Source: Antedon mediterranea
Lineage: Eukaryota > Animalia > Echinodermata
Assembly (NCBI RefSeq): GCF_964355755.1
Contig: NC_092675.1
Location: 16,588,912-16,652,911 of the forward strand
Length of the DNA: 64,000 nucleotides
Direction of reading: 5' to 3'
In this document: positions 1 through 15,000 of the stretch, one piece after another
Position numbering within the stretch: the first letter of the stretch is position 1
Layout of the letters: every line of letters starts with the position of its first letter
Program-made: the position numbers and the translations under genes
The notes under the pieces: generated by a model
The model's input: only the letters and a program-made list of their open reading frames with translations
The model's database searches: none
What the model was told of the DNA's origin: nothing

Positions 1-3000
1 GGGTAGATGCTCCTTTTTGCTGATGCTATTTCATCCTGAAGAAGCCATTTTATCTACAAGATACATTACATCATAATAGAACACTAAACTAAACTAGAAA
101 GCCACTCCGAGAGTGCATACCTACGCCTACTGTAACATTCTTCTACATCAGATTTAGTGACCGGAAAGTGTGTGTCTTAATGTTGTGTGTCATTTAGGCT
201 AATTTAACTACAAGCATATGTATGCGAGTTTGGAGTAATGGTTTAATAAGCCTTTCAATTAACAATAGCTTCAGTTGACTAACAATAGAACAGCAACGCG
301 AAAATCAAACGAGTGAATTTGAAAAGAAATAGGTTTTTTAAACTACTCACATAAAAAAATGTGCACATTAAATCAAATTATGTTTTAAAATTACAAATCT
401 CCAATTATAACTCTTGCCTCTTGTACAAAAATGAAGTTTTTTGGACAAGTAGTTCTTGAGAAAATGCAATTGTGATTTTATTTCCTTACAGAGAGACATT
501 AACAAAATCTCTGAATGGTCAATTTTAAACAAACTTATTTTAAACCCTACTAAATGTAACATCTTGTCTATCGATAGAAGGAGAGCTCCATCTTCTAATG
601 ACTATGTACTTAACGATCAGGTTATTGCACATGTTAAACATCTGAAAATTCTTGGTGTGTACATATCCGATGATTTGTCATGGTCTAAACAAGTCCATGA
701 GGTTGTAAATAAGTGTAATAGAACACTGGGTCTTGTTAGAGCAATTGCTGGTGGTTGTTCTACACCCGTTCTTTTAAAATTATACCAGTGTCTAGTCCTC
801 CCTCATATACAGTACTGTTGCGAGGTGTGGTACCCTTATCGCATATGTCAAATTCAAATGATTGAGCAAATCCAGAGACGGGCCACCCAGTTGATCTTAC
901 ACCAACGTCGTCAGGAACAGTCATATGAGAGGAGACTAGACACTCTTGATATCCCATCCACAATCGCTATTAGAGATTTTTATACAGTTCTATTTGTTTG
1001 CAATGTTTTACTTTATCATCAAAGATCTATTATTTATAATTTACTCATAGTTAATAATCGTCATGATACTCTCACTTTCAAGCATCTTCGCTCCAGTAAT
1101 GATATGTCAAAATTTTGCATCCCGACCAGATTCACTAGAACTTGGAATTCCATACCCAATCAGATTTGTGATATTTTTGTTAATGGTTCTTTTATTAATT
1201 TTAAATTATCTCTAAAGCTATATTTTAAATCTCGGAGAGAAACTTTTTAAATTTTTAAATGAAATGATATGTCTACTATATTTGTATATATTCTTGTTAT
1301 TTGTTATTTATGTGTTGGAGAAACACACCTTACCGGTGACAGCGTTTGTTTAATGCTTTTGTCTTTCCTCGGCCTCGTGTCTTGTTTTTCATATATATAT
1401 ATATATATTTTTATGTTTTTTGTAATTATTATTTTATGTTTATTGCCGAAATGAATAAAATAAAAAATAAAATAAAAATTACAGTTTACTTGTTACTTTA
1501 AGACTGCTCGCCGGCTTTTGAAAAATTCTGTCCTATCTTTTAACACCAGCAGGTCTGAAAAAGTATACTAAAAGGTGGTCCAGAATTGGGACTGTGGTCC
1601 CAAATGGTCCCAAAATTTAATGGAGTGGTTCTTGACCACATATCTATCTGTATATTCATTTTGGTAAAGATCTTGTAATTATTTTTTGAGTAATCCTGCT
1701 AACACACAAACAAACACACGCTACCGATTACATATAGCTCCTTGGCGGAGGTAAATAAGAAGACTTCCTGAACTGTCGAGTGGCCAAGCGTTTAAGGCAG
1801 TGGCGCCGCAAACTATAGCTATACAATCAGCACAGGTTCAGGACCAAGTCTAGTGTACACATCTGGCGTGTGTGCACTTTAAAGAACCCAGTACATTTTG
1901 TGGAAGAGTAGGGGGTTTACCCCGGAGTACTGGTCCATTCAGCCCCCGTCGTTGTGGACAAACAAAACGGGCACTGTTTGGTAACAGCACTCGACATGAA
2001 TGGAATCTTAGGGAAGAAGAAAGTTGTGGTATGTGTCATCCCCACCTATGTGCAATTCAGCCCAGTAGGCAGTAAGTCGCTTGTTATTCCACATTTATAG
2101 AATTTTAGAGCTATAAACCTATAAAGATTTGTGGGAGATATTCCATAATGTAATATGACATATGAATGCCCTTTAAATACAATTTGAATTCATTTCTTGT
2201 TCTCTACTGTATAAGTAGGAATGCATGTGAAAATGCATTCTATGAAGTTTGGGATATAAGAATTCCCTTCGCGACGATATTAAACAACAAAATACCCTTT
2301 TAGATATTGTTCTACCACAACTGAAGCATGATATTGATTTTTATGAATCAGATTTTCTCCTTTTATCTTTATTTTCAGGAAGACTTTATTGTATATTGAA
2401 TACCTGTTCTTCAGTTTCCTTAATGGCAGCTTGTTCAGCTTCTGGAAGACATAGTAAGGGATCTCCTGAAGACATCACACCAAAGCTGAATTAGAATAAA
2501 AAAACTTAATTGACAATCTTTAAACAAGTTTTATTGTCAGTGTGGAATGATTGATAGGGCACTTACTTTTTAACATGTGACACAAAATCGTCCAATCAAA
2601 TGACGGGAATTTATTATATAATACAGAATATAGTACAGGAATACCATTCTAGTGATCATGGGGTCATGGGTAAGAATTCAGCAAAGCACATTAATTTGCA
2701 CAAGTGAAGGCCTAAATACTATACTTAAAACACACAATTACAACCAATAATACCTACTCTGCCTCTGAGGTTGTGATAGAATAAACTCCAGAGCCTTTAA
2801 GATCTAAAGGAGGTGGAGAACTTGGTGGTGTAGACTCACATAACGAGGTGTATCGTCTTCTATCATGGTGTACACCTTCATCCCACTCACCCAACGGTGG
2901 CAGGGTCAAGCAGATTATGTCCAACGTAACTGACATGTCAGAAAGGTCAATGCTGTCAACCTCATCCTCTAAACACTCAATTAATTCACCTGTAAATGAA

Positions 3001-6000
3001 TTCATTTCTTTATTAAATAATACAGACCTATTGTTGCTGTTGCAGTCATCACAACCTATCATTCCAAATAATATATTATTTGTTCAATGTTTGTTGTATA
3101 TTAATGTTATAAGCACAAAAAAAGATAAACTCACCTAAACATGTGGGAATACTTGCTATAGTTTCCAAGTTACCTCTATATGACCTCATTTTTACTGAGC
3201 ATGTCAAGTGCATGAAAAGTGGTGTGTGGCTCTCTATAACACTTCCCATTACACTTTCGTTTGAACTTGCATACTTATCATGACTTAAGTCAGAATTAGT
3301 AAGTGACTGTTTGAATTTGAATGTGTCCATAATGTAATCACTAGGTGTTGTGTCTTCTGACAAAAATGAAGTGCCACCTTCCATATCTGAAACAGAATTC
3401 AATTACTATAGTAAAGCCAAGGATATCACAGATAATAACTATAACACTAGACAACCAAATAGTAGACATTTTAATATTCCTAAAAGCAAAAACTGAATAT
3501 AAGAAAATTAGTCTATCATTTCATGGCAGTAAGCTTTGGAATAACCTTCCTGATAATCTTAAATGCATTTCTAATGTAAATATTTTTAAATTAAGTTTAA
3601 CTACGTAAATCTTGTTTTAATTGTTATCCCTGAAACATTGTTTAAAAATACCAGGTTGGTATCCGGCAGGGCTTAGTTTACCTTTTATGTGCATTTTCCT
3701 TTTTTATTCGTTTTGTTAATTTTCAGTACTTATGTATGGCCTCGCACGGCCTTGATGAAAAACACCCTTGGGTGATTCAAGTGTTTCCATGTGAAATAAA
3801 GTATATTATTATTAAGGATATTGTTATGGATCTTTATAATCTTTATTTTAAAGTATTGCAAATCAAATTTAAATAAATAAATGTTTATATAATGGTACGT
3901 TCTTTTTCTCTATGGACCACCAAATTACAGTCTCTTTATGCCAGCACACTGGAAGACAATCGTTTTGTTTGTCTACAACTGGGGCAGAGACTAAATGAGA
4001 AAGATGAAGAAAATGAGATCTACTAACTAGTCGATCCACTGGGACTCCCTGAGGCACTTGCCAGCATGTGTGGTGATAATGGGACAGAACAGGCACCATC
4101 ATTTTCACCATCTTCTGTATCAAAGTCTATATTAAACTGTTGAAATTAGAAATAAGAGGATATTTTGCATGTTGTAATAGAATAAACGTTCCAAATATCA
4201 TTGTCACAATATAACCAACACATATGCATTGGAATAATACTATTTTCATTTCAGGATTTTACACTCTGTTTTATTCATTCAAAGCAATTACAGGATGGAT
4301 AACTCATATCACTTTCATTTGAGTCTTAGGAAGTGGAGTAGAGAGAGAATTATAACGCTCGCATAGGTTGGGATTGAAACCTGGACCTTTATTTTAGAAG
4401 GCGAATAATTTAATTACCAAGCTCCAGCTTCACTTCTACTTTCCATACTTACTTCAGAATCATCATCCATTATAGGTGTGCAAAAAAACCAGAAGTCAGG
4501 ATTGGATGGAACCGGTTTGAACCTGTTTGAAAGTATCTCCTTGAACTTGGCCTTGATATTTTCATGTATACCTTGGCTTATTTCACAGGCTTCATTCGAT
4601 TTAAGATCAGATACTGGAAACGAGTAAGATTCCCTCTTCTTCTTGTACTCAATATCCCTATCAATTTCTTGTGAGACTAAGTCAATGCTGTAAAATAATA
4701 CATATTTAATTAACTGGGGTAAAGTAAAATTGCAATTTGGTTCAGTTTTCAAAGTCATTTAAACATAGAGCAACAAGAGTGTTATGGAAACTTTAGATCA
4801 GAAATTTGCCAACACAATATGACTAACCTTTGAGTTGAAAACAAAAGACCATCAGTAACACTGGTCCTCTTTTTACTCTTTAGAATTGGATTGGCAAATC
4901 GGATGACAGATGGCAGTCTCTCTGCATTGCCCTGTTCATTGTTCATCTTTTAAAGAAATAAAATATTAGGTATAAAATTTATATTCTTTGCTGTACTTTT
5001 CATATCAAAATAAAAATATTAAAACAACTTGATTTTAATTTCTTGTTTTCCAAGCAATCTTGGTAGTGTGTTACCTTTCTATTGAAGTCCATGACATGAC
5101 CACATACGGCTTTCACAAATTCTGTCAAATCAACCTGATGAAGTGACTCTTCACAGAAGGAATCCACTGCTGCCTGTACATCATCCTTATGAACATACTG
5201 TTGCATTCGTAGGCTTTGAAAAACACTAATAACAAAACTTTGATGAACAAAGTCTGTTAATTTTTTACGATAGTTATCAAACTCTGGTTGCAAACTGGTG
5301 GGGGTGTTTGTAGTACCAGTGGAGTTGTCTTGCGTATTAAATGTTAAATCTTCAAAAATATCTTTAAATTTGTTGCTCTTTGGTTCACCAAGAAGTTGTT
5401 GACGAAGTTCATGTCGATGGCAGTTATACACAAATATAGGTAATGGTAGAGAGTCTGATGTAGGGGGCTCAAAGACATCATCATCTGGATCATACGGTTC
5501 ACCTGCTCTTTCAACATTCTCTGCATCAGGTGCTGCGTTGTCTTCTAGAATTTGAGAAACTTCCACTGAAGTCACTTTATCTTTTGTGGAGGACTCTTTT
5601 AATAATACTCCTTGAAGATGATTTAGTTTGACCAGGTCTTTGTATGATGCAGGCATGATGGTCAAGATTAACCGTCCTTCCATACTGTACAAACAACAAA
5701 CCATTTGTGGCACCACAGAATCGGACATCTGTTCAGTTTCAGAGCTCGAGATCTTTAACAGTTTGCTTGCCAGATTTGAAAGTTCAGACATGTCAACTGA
5801 ATCATCTGGTGATTCTGCAGACATTTCTGTTGATTGTCTGCTTTCTAGATGTTCTAGTAATTGTACACACTCCCTACTAGACAACATTAATTTTGTATGA
5901 GAGGCAGATTCATGTGTGAATGAATTGATAATTTCTCTAAAGTATATTTCATTTGTTGACATCTTGATCATTTCATTTGGAGCGGGTTTCCTTTTGTTAA

Positions 6001-9000
6001 CTAGAAATATAAAAAAAAGATCATTACAATAGCAACAAGTCTTTGGATCCTGTAGGAGACAAAATTTACTCACATTCTTTCTTTATGAAATTTATTTATT
6101 TTTATGTAGTACGTAAATACAGTTTAGTAATACTACATTCTAAAGATTTCTTAGAATGTTGTGTCAGTCAGGCTTGGGCAGGCATACAACAATTTATTAT
6201 CATTTTCTATTGTAGGCCTATGATGATTTCACATTTAGTTACTCATCCTTTATAAATATAGTTTCATAAATGATTATTTTATGTTATTTTATATATTGTA
6301 ATTATGATGTATTTGAAGACGAGCAATGTAATTTTCTCCTTGTGGGAACGAATAAAGATTATACTTGATACTTGATACTTGATGGCAAAAAATAAAAAAA
6401 ACATTTTCTATATACATTTTAGAGTTATTCATCATCAAAAAGCGATAGTGTTTTTCTAACATGATTATTTATACATTTATTTTTCTTAAAAAGAAGATAT
6501 TCAGTTTATTACTTACAGTACATGTGAATTCTTTCTTTAAGCCTGTAGGCCTATAATGAAAGTGAGAAAACCACATCAAAATTGACGTACCTTCAATAAA
6601 TGTTGGAAACAACATTCTCGCTTGTTGGCTTCTAGATATGATTTTCACAAGGTCTACATCAAATGGTACAAATTGAATAGAACCATCTTCTAGGCCTAAG
6701 TTTGTATTAGTTTGATGGCCAGCTCTGGTAAACTCTGGTTGATTGGAGTTGTAATCTTCATTCCTGCCGCATCTGGCTTTTAGAGACTCATATGATAAGA
6801 ATGCTGATATCACTTCTTTATCATTGGGAAAAATCTGTACAAAATATTGATAAAATAAATATTTCATAGTAGATGGCTAGGATTTGAAACACAATATTTG
6901 GTGAAAAGCTGGTACACTGGGGTAACCCCGTTTATAGTGCTTATCAGAGAAGATTCTTTCTACGACCATAACCATAGATTACAGTTCCACAAGTAAATTA
7001 AACACAGTACATTTGATAGGTGGTAAGCAAAGTATTTAAACCATTTATATTATTTATATTTAATCTAGTTATGTATACAGAAATTACCAATATATATATT
7101 GCAAAGTTTTTTAAGAAAATAAAATATGTTATATAATGATTTCATTACATGATTTGAGTGATGTGATAAATGAGACCAGGAATTTATAAAAAATATTTAT
7201 CTATTTATTTATTTATAGAGGGTAACCCTTTCAGCTGGAAAAATGCCAGTTGATATTTAGAGAGAGTCTATATAATAAAGAATAAAACAGAAGGTAAAGA
7301 TACTTTACTTGATTAAGAACTTCATCATAGGCCAAATCCTGCAGGTACTTGTGATTGTCAGTTGCCTGTACAATTCCACTTTGTGGTTCAATCCAACATT
7401 CGGTTACCAACTGAAGCATACTATCCTCCTCTGCAGGCTGGAACTCTAATTCAGCATTCTCGTCTACACCAGCACTGAAATTAAGAAGAAAAATTGTTAA
7501 AAAACAATCACATTTTTACTCTGGTCATTTTATTATCAAACACATATGGAAACAAACTCCCATAATGCAGCTAGTAATCTGCACAATTGTGTTTTTTGTC
7601 TTACCAGGTACACATTTATATACCTAAATGCAGAGCAGAAAATGTAAGTAAAGTTTCTTGCCTAGGATACAAGGAATGAATTTGAACTCACGATCAGTAG
7701 TTCAGCGTCCAACACACTGCGCCAGACGTTATCAAAATCATATTTAAAAACTTTACTCTACTATTCTTTTGTTTGGCCAAGAAAAATTGGGTTAGATAAC
7801 ATATTTTTGAGTAACTATACAGTTACTTACCAAAATGAGTTGTGCCTTGAAGCATGATGAACTGGAAATATAACATACTGTAAAAGACATGGAAAATTAT
7901 CTAGTTTATCATCCTCAAGTTGATCCTCATCGTTGCATTGTTTATCTTCTATAGAACCCTTTTCAGAAATTGATGATCTCTTTGAGGTTGAGCTTGTTTC
8001 AGAAAAAGAACCCCTTTTAGGAGTACAAATATTCTCAGGAGAGGTCTGCCTCTCCGAGTTAGCACTTTTTGATAGGACACTGGGAGATAGGTCTGCTTGT
8101 TTCAAATCTTCCATTTGTAAAGCATAATTAGAATCCTCTAGTTGGCTTAGCTCCGATTGTTTCTCTAAAGCCAATTTAGTTGCTTTCTGCTGGTTTTCTT
8201 TTGTTCCAGGATCTCGTTCAAAAAGCTTTTCTGTCAGTGTGACAGACCGTGATTTCACTAAGTCAAGCTCATCTTCGCATAATACAGCTGCAGACGATTC
8301 CTGTGATAATATGATAAAATATCTTAAAATATTTGAAAGAACTGTACTGTAGTTTTATTGATTAATCGATAAAAACATAAGTACTACTCTGTAGTAGAAT
8401 AGTATTTTCAGTGAGTATTAAACTAATAAAACTGTGAATTAAGATCTGTCTTCACTATAAAACTTTATGTGACATAAAAATATGATGTACTCATATGGAC
8501 ATGATGTCATATCACTACCATATTTGGGAATATCACTACCATATTTGGGTACATCACACATTTTTTTGTCAAACTAGTTTGATGGTGAAGACAGACTATG
8601 ACTTTTTGTAGAGCTATTCTGTCAATATTGTGCTTGGACATGTAGACAAATATGCAAAAATAACTTACTTTCATTTTTAACTCAATAACAAGGCTAATAA
8701 TTCCCACATTAGAATAAGCAAAATGAAATCCTTCCTTTAATCTGATTCTAACAAAAAAATAAAAATAGAAAAGTTTTTCTGCTGCTAAATTTTATAAATC
8801 AGTGATTTCATCATTTTATATGTATTCCTTATTAAATAAAAATACCAGTGATATATATGAATGAAAAATACATACTCTCGCAAAGTTGTTAAAATGGTAG
8901 ACATGGCCTGCTCAGAGACTTGTGGCGTGTTCTCATCCTTCTGTACTTCCCATATCCAGCGTCGATGATGAAAGTAACAAGCTAGTCGATTCAGGCTCCT

Positions 9001-12000
9001 TGGTGGTGAGTGCTGATGACTGTGGTGTTGGTGGTGAGAACGGTGAGAGGATATTGTTGGTAAGCTACTAGCCGTCACAGACATAGAGGCTTCCATGTTG
9101 AAGAAATCATGTGGTATCCACTCATATCTGCAATTCATTTTACAATATAAAAAAATGAAACTTTAATTTAAAAGAATGAAAACTTTTATAAAAAAATTTA
9201 TTCTATACAGTTCCAATAAAAGAGGGTTTATTAAAAAAACACAGATATGAATATAATTAAAATAAAGTTTACAAATTGCATTGTCTATGGATACAGTCTA
9301 ATTTATATTTGTTTCTTGCATGGAAAAAAACATGACACAGAATAGTTAATATCTAGCATTTCATTGTTTAAAAAGCATTTTTTTCTTGGTTGAAAATGCA
9401 ACAATCAAACACTGTAAACCCCCCTTATTACTGAAGTGTATATCACCTTGGAGACTAGCAGTGCTAGTGATGGTAAATAGACAAAATAGCCTAACCCTCT
9501 TATAAATATCCTGGCTACATGCTTGCAAGTAGAAATTAAACTCTCAAGTAAGCCTGTAGCATTAATAACATCCTTATATAGCGGTTTATACATAAAGCTT
9601 CTAAGTGCTTCACAATCCTGATCATTTTCATCAACCACGAATGGAAACATACTCCCATAATGCAGCCTTAGCGCAGTTGTGTTTTGACCTTACCAGGTAC
9701 CCACTAGTACACCTGGGTGGAGAAAGTCAAATTTAAGGAAAGTGTCTTGCCTAAAGATTAGATACAAGAAATGCAACGAGTGTTGGTCTTGAACTCCCGA
9801 TCTCAAAATCAGTAATGCAATGTTCAACACACTGTGACACACGCCCTTTTAGTATTCATCAATTTATTTACTGAAAATGTGTATAAAAATCTACCTTATG
9901 AGTATGATTTCTGTTGGTTTTGATATAAGAACTACACAAGGGTTTGCTTTGGATTGCTTTTGTTGCTCCTTTGTGTCTGTGTTTCCAGATACTCGTCTGT
10001 GTCTGCTGGATGTTCCAGCAGCAACTGTTTTGCTCAACAGAGACGACGCTCTTTGAGGCAATTCTAACTTTACCAGTCGGCTTTTCAAGTTTTTCATGAT
10101 CTTTAAGAAAGAATTTGGAATGAAATATGTTTTGAAGGAAATATCAATATACAGTGCACCTCAACTAATAAAAAACTCTTCATTTACTACATTCACTTTT
10201 AAAAGTACAGAGTGTATGTCTGTGAATCTCAAAAACAATTATGTTATCATCTATTCTAATTATATTCCTAATTTAATGTTTATGATAATTGCTTGTTATT
10301 GTTAATTGTTGAAATGTAGTTTAATTTAATTAAAGAGGGCCCATGAATATCAGTTAACCCACTTGGAGGCACTGTTTTAAAAAAGCAGAGCTTGTGCTGA
10401 AAGTGTTTTCGCCAACAGCAAAAAATTTATTTGTATTGATATAAGGAAGCAAAAAAACAATGCACAAGCTCTGCTTTTTGAAAACAGTGCCTTCTTCATT
10501 TTTTCTATATTTTGTAAGAAATATGTTTGTTAAGGAATGAAGGAAATAAATGTTATTTTGATTGATTGACTGATTGATTGATTAAATTATACATCATAAT
10601 TGGTACATATTGTACTGTCTTGAATTTTTGAATTAATTATAAAAAGAATCAACACTATTCAATCTCAGTTTTAACTAGATTACCTGGTTTCTCACATGTC
10701 CAGATGTTCCACCAAGGAAAGCCAGTCTTAGCACCATACAAGGAGGTTTAGAAAGAATACGAATGATGTAGAAAGAATATGGAGGGTTCTTCTCATCACC
10801 ACTGAACAAAAATAAATATATAAATGTATTATTATTATTAATGAATAGTACACAGAAAAAACTTTATAGATTCAATTAACTTTAGAATTAAAGAAAATTA
10901 ATTTTTTTTTTTAATACGCCATTTTCACATAATAGTTATTCACTTCAACAAAAAATTGGATCTAAAAAAACAAATATTAACCTAAACAAATTTAATATAA
11001 AGTATAATATAATAGTCAAAATGAAAGGAAGTCAATGAGTTTTTGGTTGAATTTAACTATTTATTTTGTCTTTTCATAAGTAAAGACATTATTTTTTTAT
11101 TTTTTTTTTATATTATACGGAAGTAGAAAGAACTTTATTAAAACTGTGAAATGGCTTTATTCATGCTTTTGGGGGAAAATACACCTTTAAACAATGAATA
11201 CACATCATAATTATAGAGAATTTAGACTTTATAGATTCAATCAATAACATTATAAAAAGAAAATAAAGTTAAATAAATAAAACATCAAAGAACTTACTCT
11301 TTGTACATGAGTTTAATGTAACTGTGGTTTTCTAACAGTACAAATGTGCTCCATGTTCGAAGCAGTTGGTTGACAGCACTCTGAGCTAGCCTACTCTGAA
11401 CATTGTTAAACCTTCCATTGTGATTTCCATAATGTAGATGTTTTGGCAAAGGCCTGAAAAGGAATCAAATATAGTACTTGGCTAATTTTGTGGGGCTACT
11501 ATATACCTTAAAAGCTTCAGATTTTCTATTTTTAAAAGAGTCAGAAGTTAAGTTTTAGTTACATAATTCATTTTTGTCCCATCTCATGATTTCAAAAGTG
11601 ATTGAACGGGTACGGTTGTTAGCCCGACACAGTGATTAACTTAAGGGCTTTAATGAACCAGAACACCGAGTAACTCTCTCCCATTGCTGATATTATGGCT
11701 GTGGTTTGTGGTGCCGCCTGACTCATTCTGCAACTCGGGGAGGGTCAGAAGATTGGTTGATCTATTGCTGTGTGCAAAGAAGTACTCTTTGAAAATGAAT
11801 AAGAGACTGTGTACTGTAGATGTGTTCACTTTAAGATCATCTATCAATATGAATGCAATCAAATCAGAATCCCATAAAATGAAACTAATCACATAGTTAG
11901 ATACTTACATATCATGAGTCAATACCATGCCAATTCGATGTGTGTGAAACCACCTTTGCCTAAACACAAAAATCAATTATCAAAATAATCGCATATAATA

Positions 12001-15000
12001 GTCAATCAAACCATGAAAGCCCCAGTTGTCTAAAGGACATTTCCGGATTAAAATCTTGGTTGGGGGGACATTTTTCACATTCTCACAGGTTTCCTCATCT
12101 TATCATTTCAAATTAATAAATTAAATTTCAGTACATCACCGGGCAGTTTAAAATTAATGTTCTTTTCCTGTTGTGATAATATATAGTCTAGTATATATTT
12201 GTGTTGTTGAAAGTCAAGAATAAAGTGCAGATTGCAAACCTTACTGTTGTTCAGTATACTTACCACTTTTTTGGATCCATTAGAGAGATACGCTTCCAAA
12301 AATCAGCAAACTGTCTGGATCTTGAATCTCTGAAAGTTAAAAAATATATATATAATGATATATATAAGCTCTGCTAACTTTTCTGGCTGTTTACTTTTAT
12401 CGTTTTGATTTAGCTTTTCGCTTTTTATTTTTGTATCTCCATTGAGATCCAGCCACTGATACCCACAGCATTGTCATTTTTTTCAGTAATTTGCCTTTGG
12501 ATTTATATATATATATATATATATACTCAGGTTGAAATTTTCAGACCGTTTGGATAGAGTGCTCAATACCAAGGTAGAGCATAAATAAAATAACAGCAGA
12601 AAACTTGGTTACTTCATTGTTTTAATCACTACAAATTTGTTTTGTACGACCAGCATGTAGCTGACCGCACTCTTCAGGTGAAATATAAAACATAAGTGAC
12701 ACAGTTGTCTCATAGTGCTTAATAGAAGTGAGTCATCAGGAAGTCGTATACAATAGCCTATTGTTTTAGATAAACTGTTTGGATCTGCAATTTAGTAAGA
12801 ATTTTATATACATAAATTACATCTTTTGTTAATATTTGAGTAAGGTTTGCATTTCTTTATAATTTTCCATTTAATTGAGTAATTTGTTTTAGAGTCTTTA
12901 AGTGTCCATATATATTTACTGAGTTCCGTTGCATTTCTTAGTTTTTCGTTCCGGAAACTCTATTCAATTCAAAGGGTTTATCTGTGGCCGAGACACCATC
13001 AGTTCCACGGCCCTTAACATGCACCGCGCGTCGCGGAGAATATGTACATAGTACAGTACTGTTTCTATTTGTCGCAGCCAAAGGACTTGGCAAGGCAAGC
13101 TCCTATTGATAGATTGCCTTGATTCAACATAACCATTGTCATTAAACAGATCACCATGAAAAAAATGTTTTATCAAATCCAATAACTTTTTTGGTCCTAT
13201 TTTAAATATTTGTTGATTTTATTTGATTATTCATTAGTAATACACATACACTCTGCTTTCCCCTTACTTTGAGTGTCCCAAATCTTGTGACAATACAGGT
13301 GTATCAGAACCAGGTGGCATATATAACAATGGCATTCCTTCTTTTGTTCTCTCGGGTACTGTATAGAAAATTGCATTGCTTGCAAACGACTGTAGATGCT
13401 CCAGTAATTGATCAGTTTCATTCACACTGCAGAAAAAAAAAACAACTTGTAATTTGATTTTGCTTGAAGGAATTCTGAGTTTAGATATTGTTTAAGAACA
13501 ATTTTTGTATTATCTCGATCAGTAGTTATCACTAGTTTAGTATGATTTCAGGTATTGTATGTGTGTTGTTTGTGTTCCCTACTATAAAGGAGTAAACCTT
13601 AAAGTTATTAATTAAAGATAAATCTCAATTTCAAAGTTTATAGAAATAAGATAAATTGCCAAAGCTCTGTCTACACTATCAAACTTTATGTGACAAAAAA
13701 ATTTGATGTGCCCATATATAGACACAACGATGTCATAACACTACCATATTTGGTCACATCACATGGTTATGATATCATTTTATATAGTAAATAACATTTT
13801 TGAACAGACATATTGTGTCCATTTTGAAGAACCTGTCATGTAGTGTAGAACTATTTTTACAATACGTCTATCGTATGTAAATTACCCACCTACGAAGAGC
13901 TTGCCAAAACTTCTTAATAACAAGCATTCGATATGTTGGTTTGCTGGGTTTAATTTGACATGTTAAGTCATGTAAGAACTCGTAACTGCCTTCAATCATA
14001 ATCTCAATCTGGGTCAATGGATGAGTAGAATCTAGTGGCCATGCTGATTTTGCCGTGTATTCAATTCTATCGTTGTGTCGCCATGGCAAAGCAAGCCTAA
14101 CTTCAATCTGTTTCTCATCTAAGAGAACAAAAAATGTCCTAATTATAGTAGATTAGTTAAAATTAACATTAACGCCATAAAATGACACCTATACAGCAGT
14201 GATGGATCAAAACATCATTACGAAAGCATCATTTTATCTTCAAGAAATTTTCATTTATACTTCTATTCAAATACATAGTTAAATTTAATACAGTAAGACC
14301 TCATACATTCAACAAAGTTTTCTCTTAATAGGCTAAATAAAGGTGTCCCCTGAATTAGGGTGTACCCTGAATAGAAGTGACCCCTGAATAGAAGTGTCTC
14401 CTGGATAAAAGTGGCCCTTTAATAGGGTGTCCTCTGTATATGGGTTGCTTGTGATTGTAGTATTAAAACATAGATTTTGTGTCCCTCTTAATAGGGATTG
14501 TTTGTGATGATTTTCCTCATTTGTTTCATTAAATAGGGGTTTGGAAATCTTACTTTTAGAAAAAGTAACATCTTTAATTGTGAATCCTTCTCGAAGACGC
14601 AGTGACATAACGTGCATGATGTCCGTATGTAAGGTTTTCTCTTGATGTCGCTTTTTCATCAAAGGAATCACACACATTCCTTTCTTATCACGAGCAAATG
14701 GAGGAAGAGTTCTGAAAAAAAAAATGTTGAACAAGAAAGAACTTTTATTTTTTTATTTTTGTTTTATTTTATAAATAAAGAACCAGCATCATCATCACTA
14801 GGTGTGTGTTAAGCTATGTCTACAATATCAAACTAGTTTGAAAAAGTGTGATGTGCCCAAATATGGTAGTAATATGACCTCATCATGTCACATCACATTT
14901 TTTCAAGTTTGATAGTGTAGACAGGGCTTGAATGACTTCACTTCATGAGCTTCCTCACTCTGTGATACTGATTTGACATATTCTAGGTCGCAAACACAAT

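Noticed and set aside
456-1250. 264-aa ORF as a host gene
   Set aside because: It is a 5'-truncated LINE reverse transcriptase C-terminus, and its non-ATG start lies in flanking repeat sequence.
1772-1850. Possible tRNA genes (also ~36020, ~39740, ~56643)
   Set aside because: Only A/B-box-like motifs survive, there is no complete cloverleaf, and they are attached to SINE or repeat bodies.
12995-13135. Two hairpins with H-box-like AGAATA and ACA, resembling an H/ACA snoRNA
   Set aside because: Antisense to the host gene SZT2, weak 5' stem, and the upstream sequence looks like a repeat terminus.
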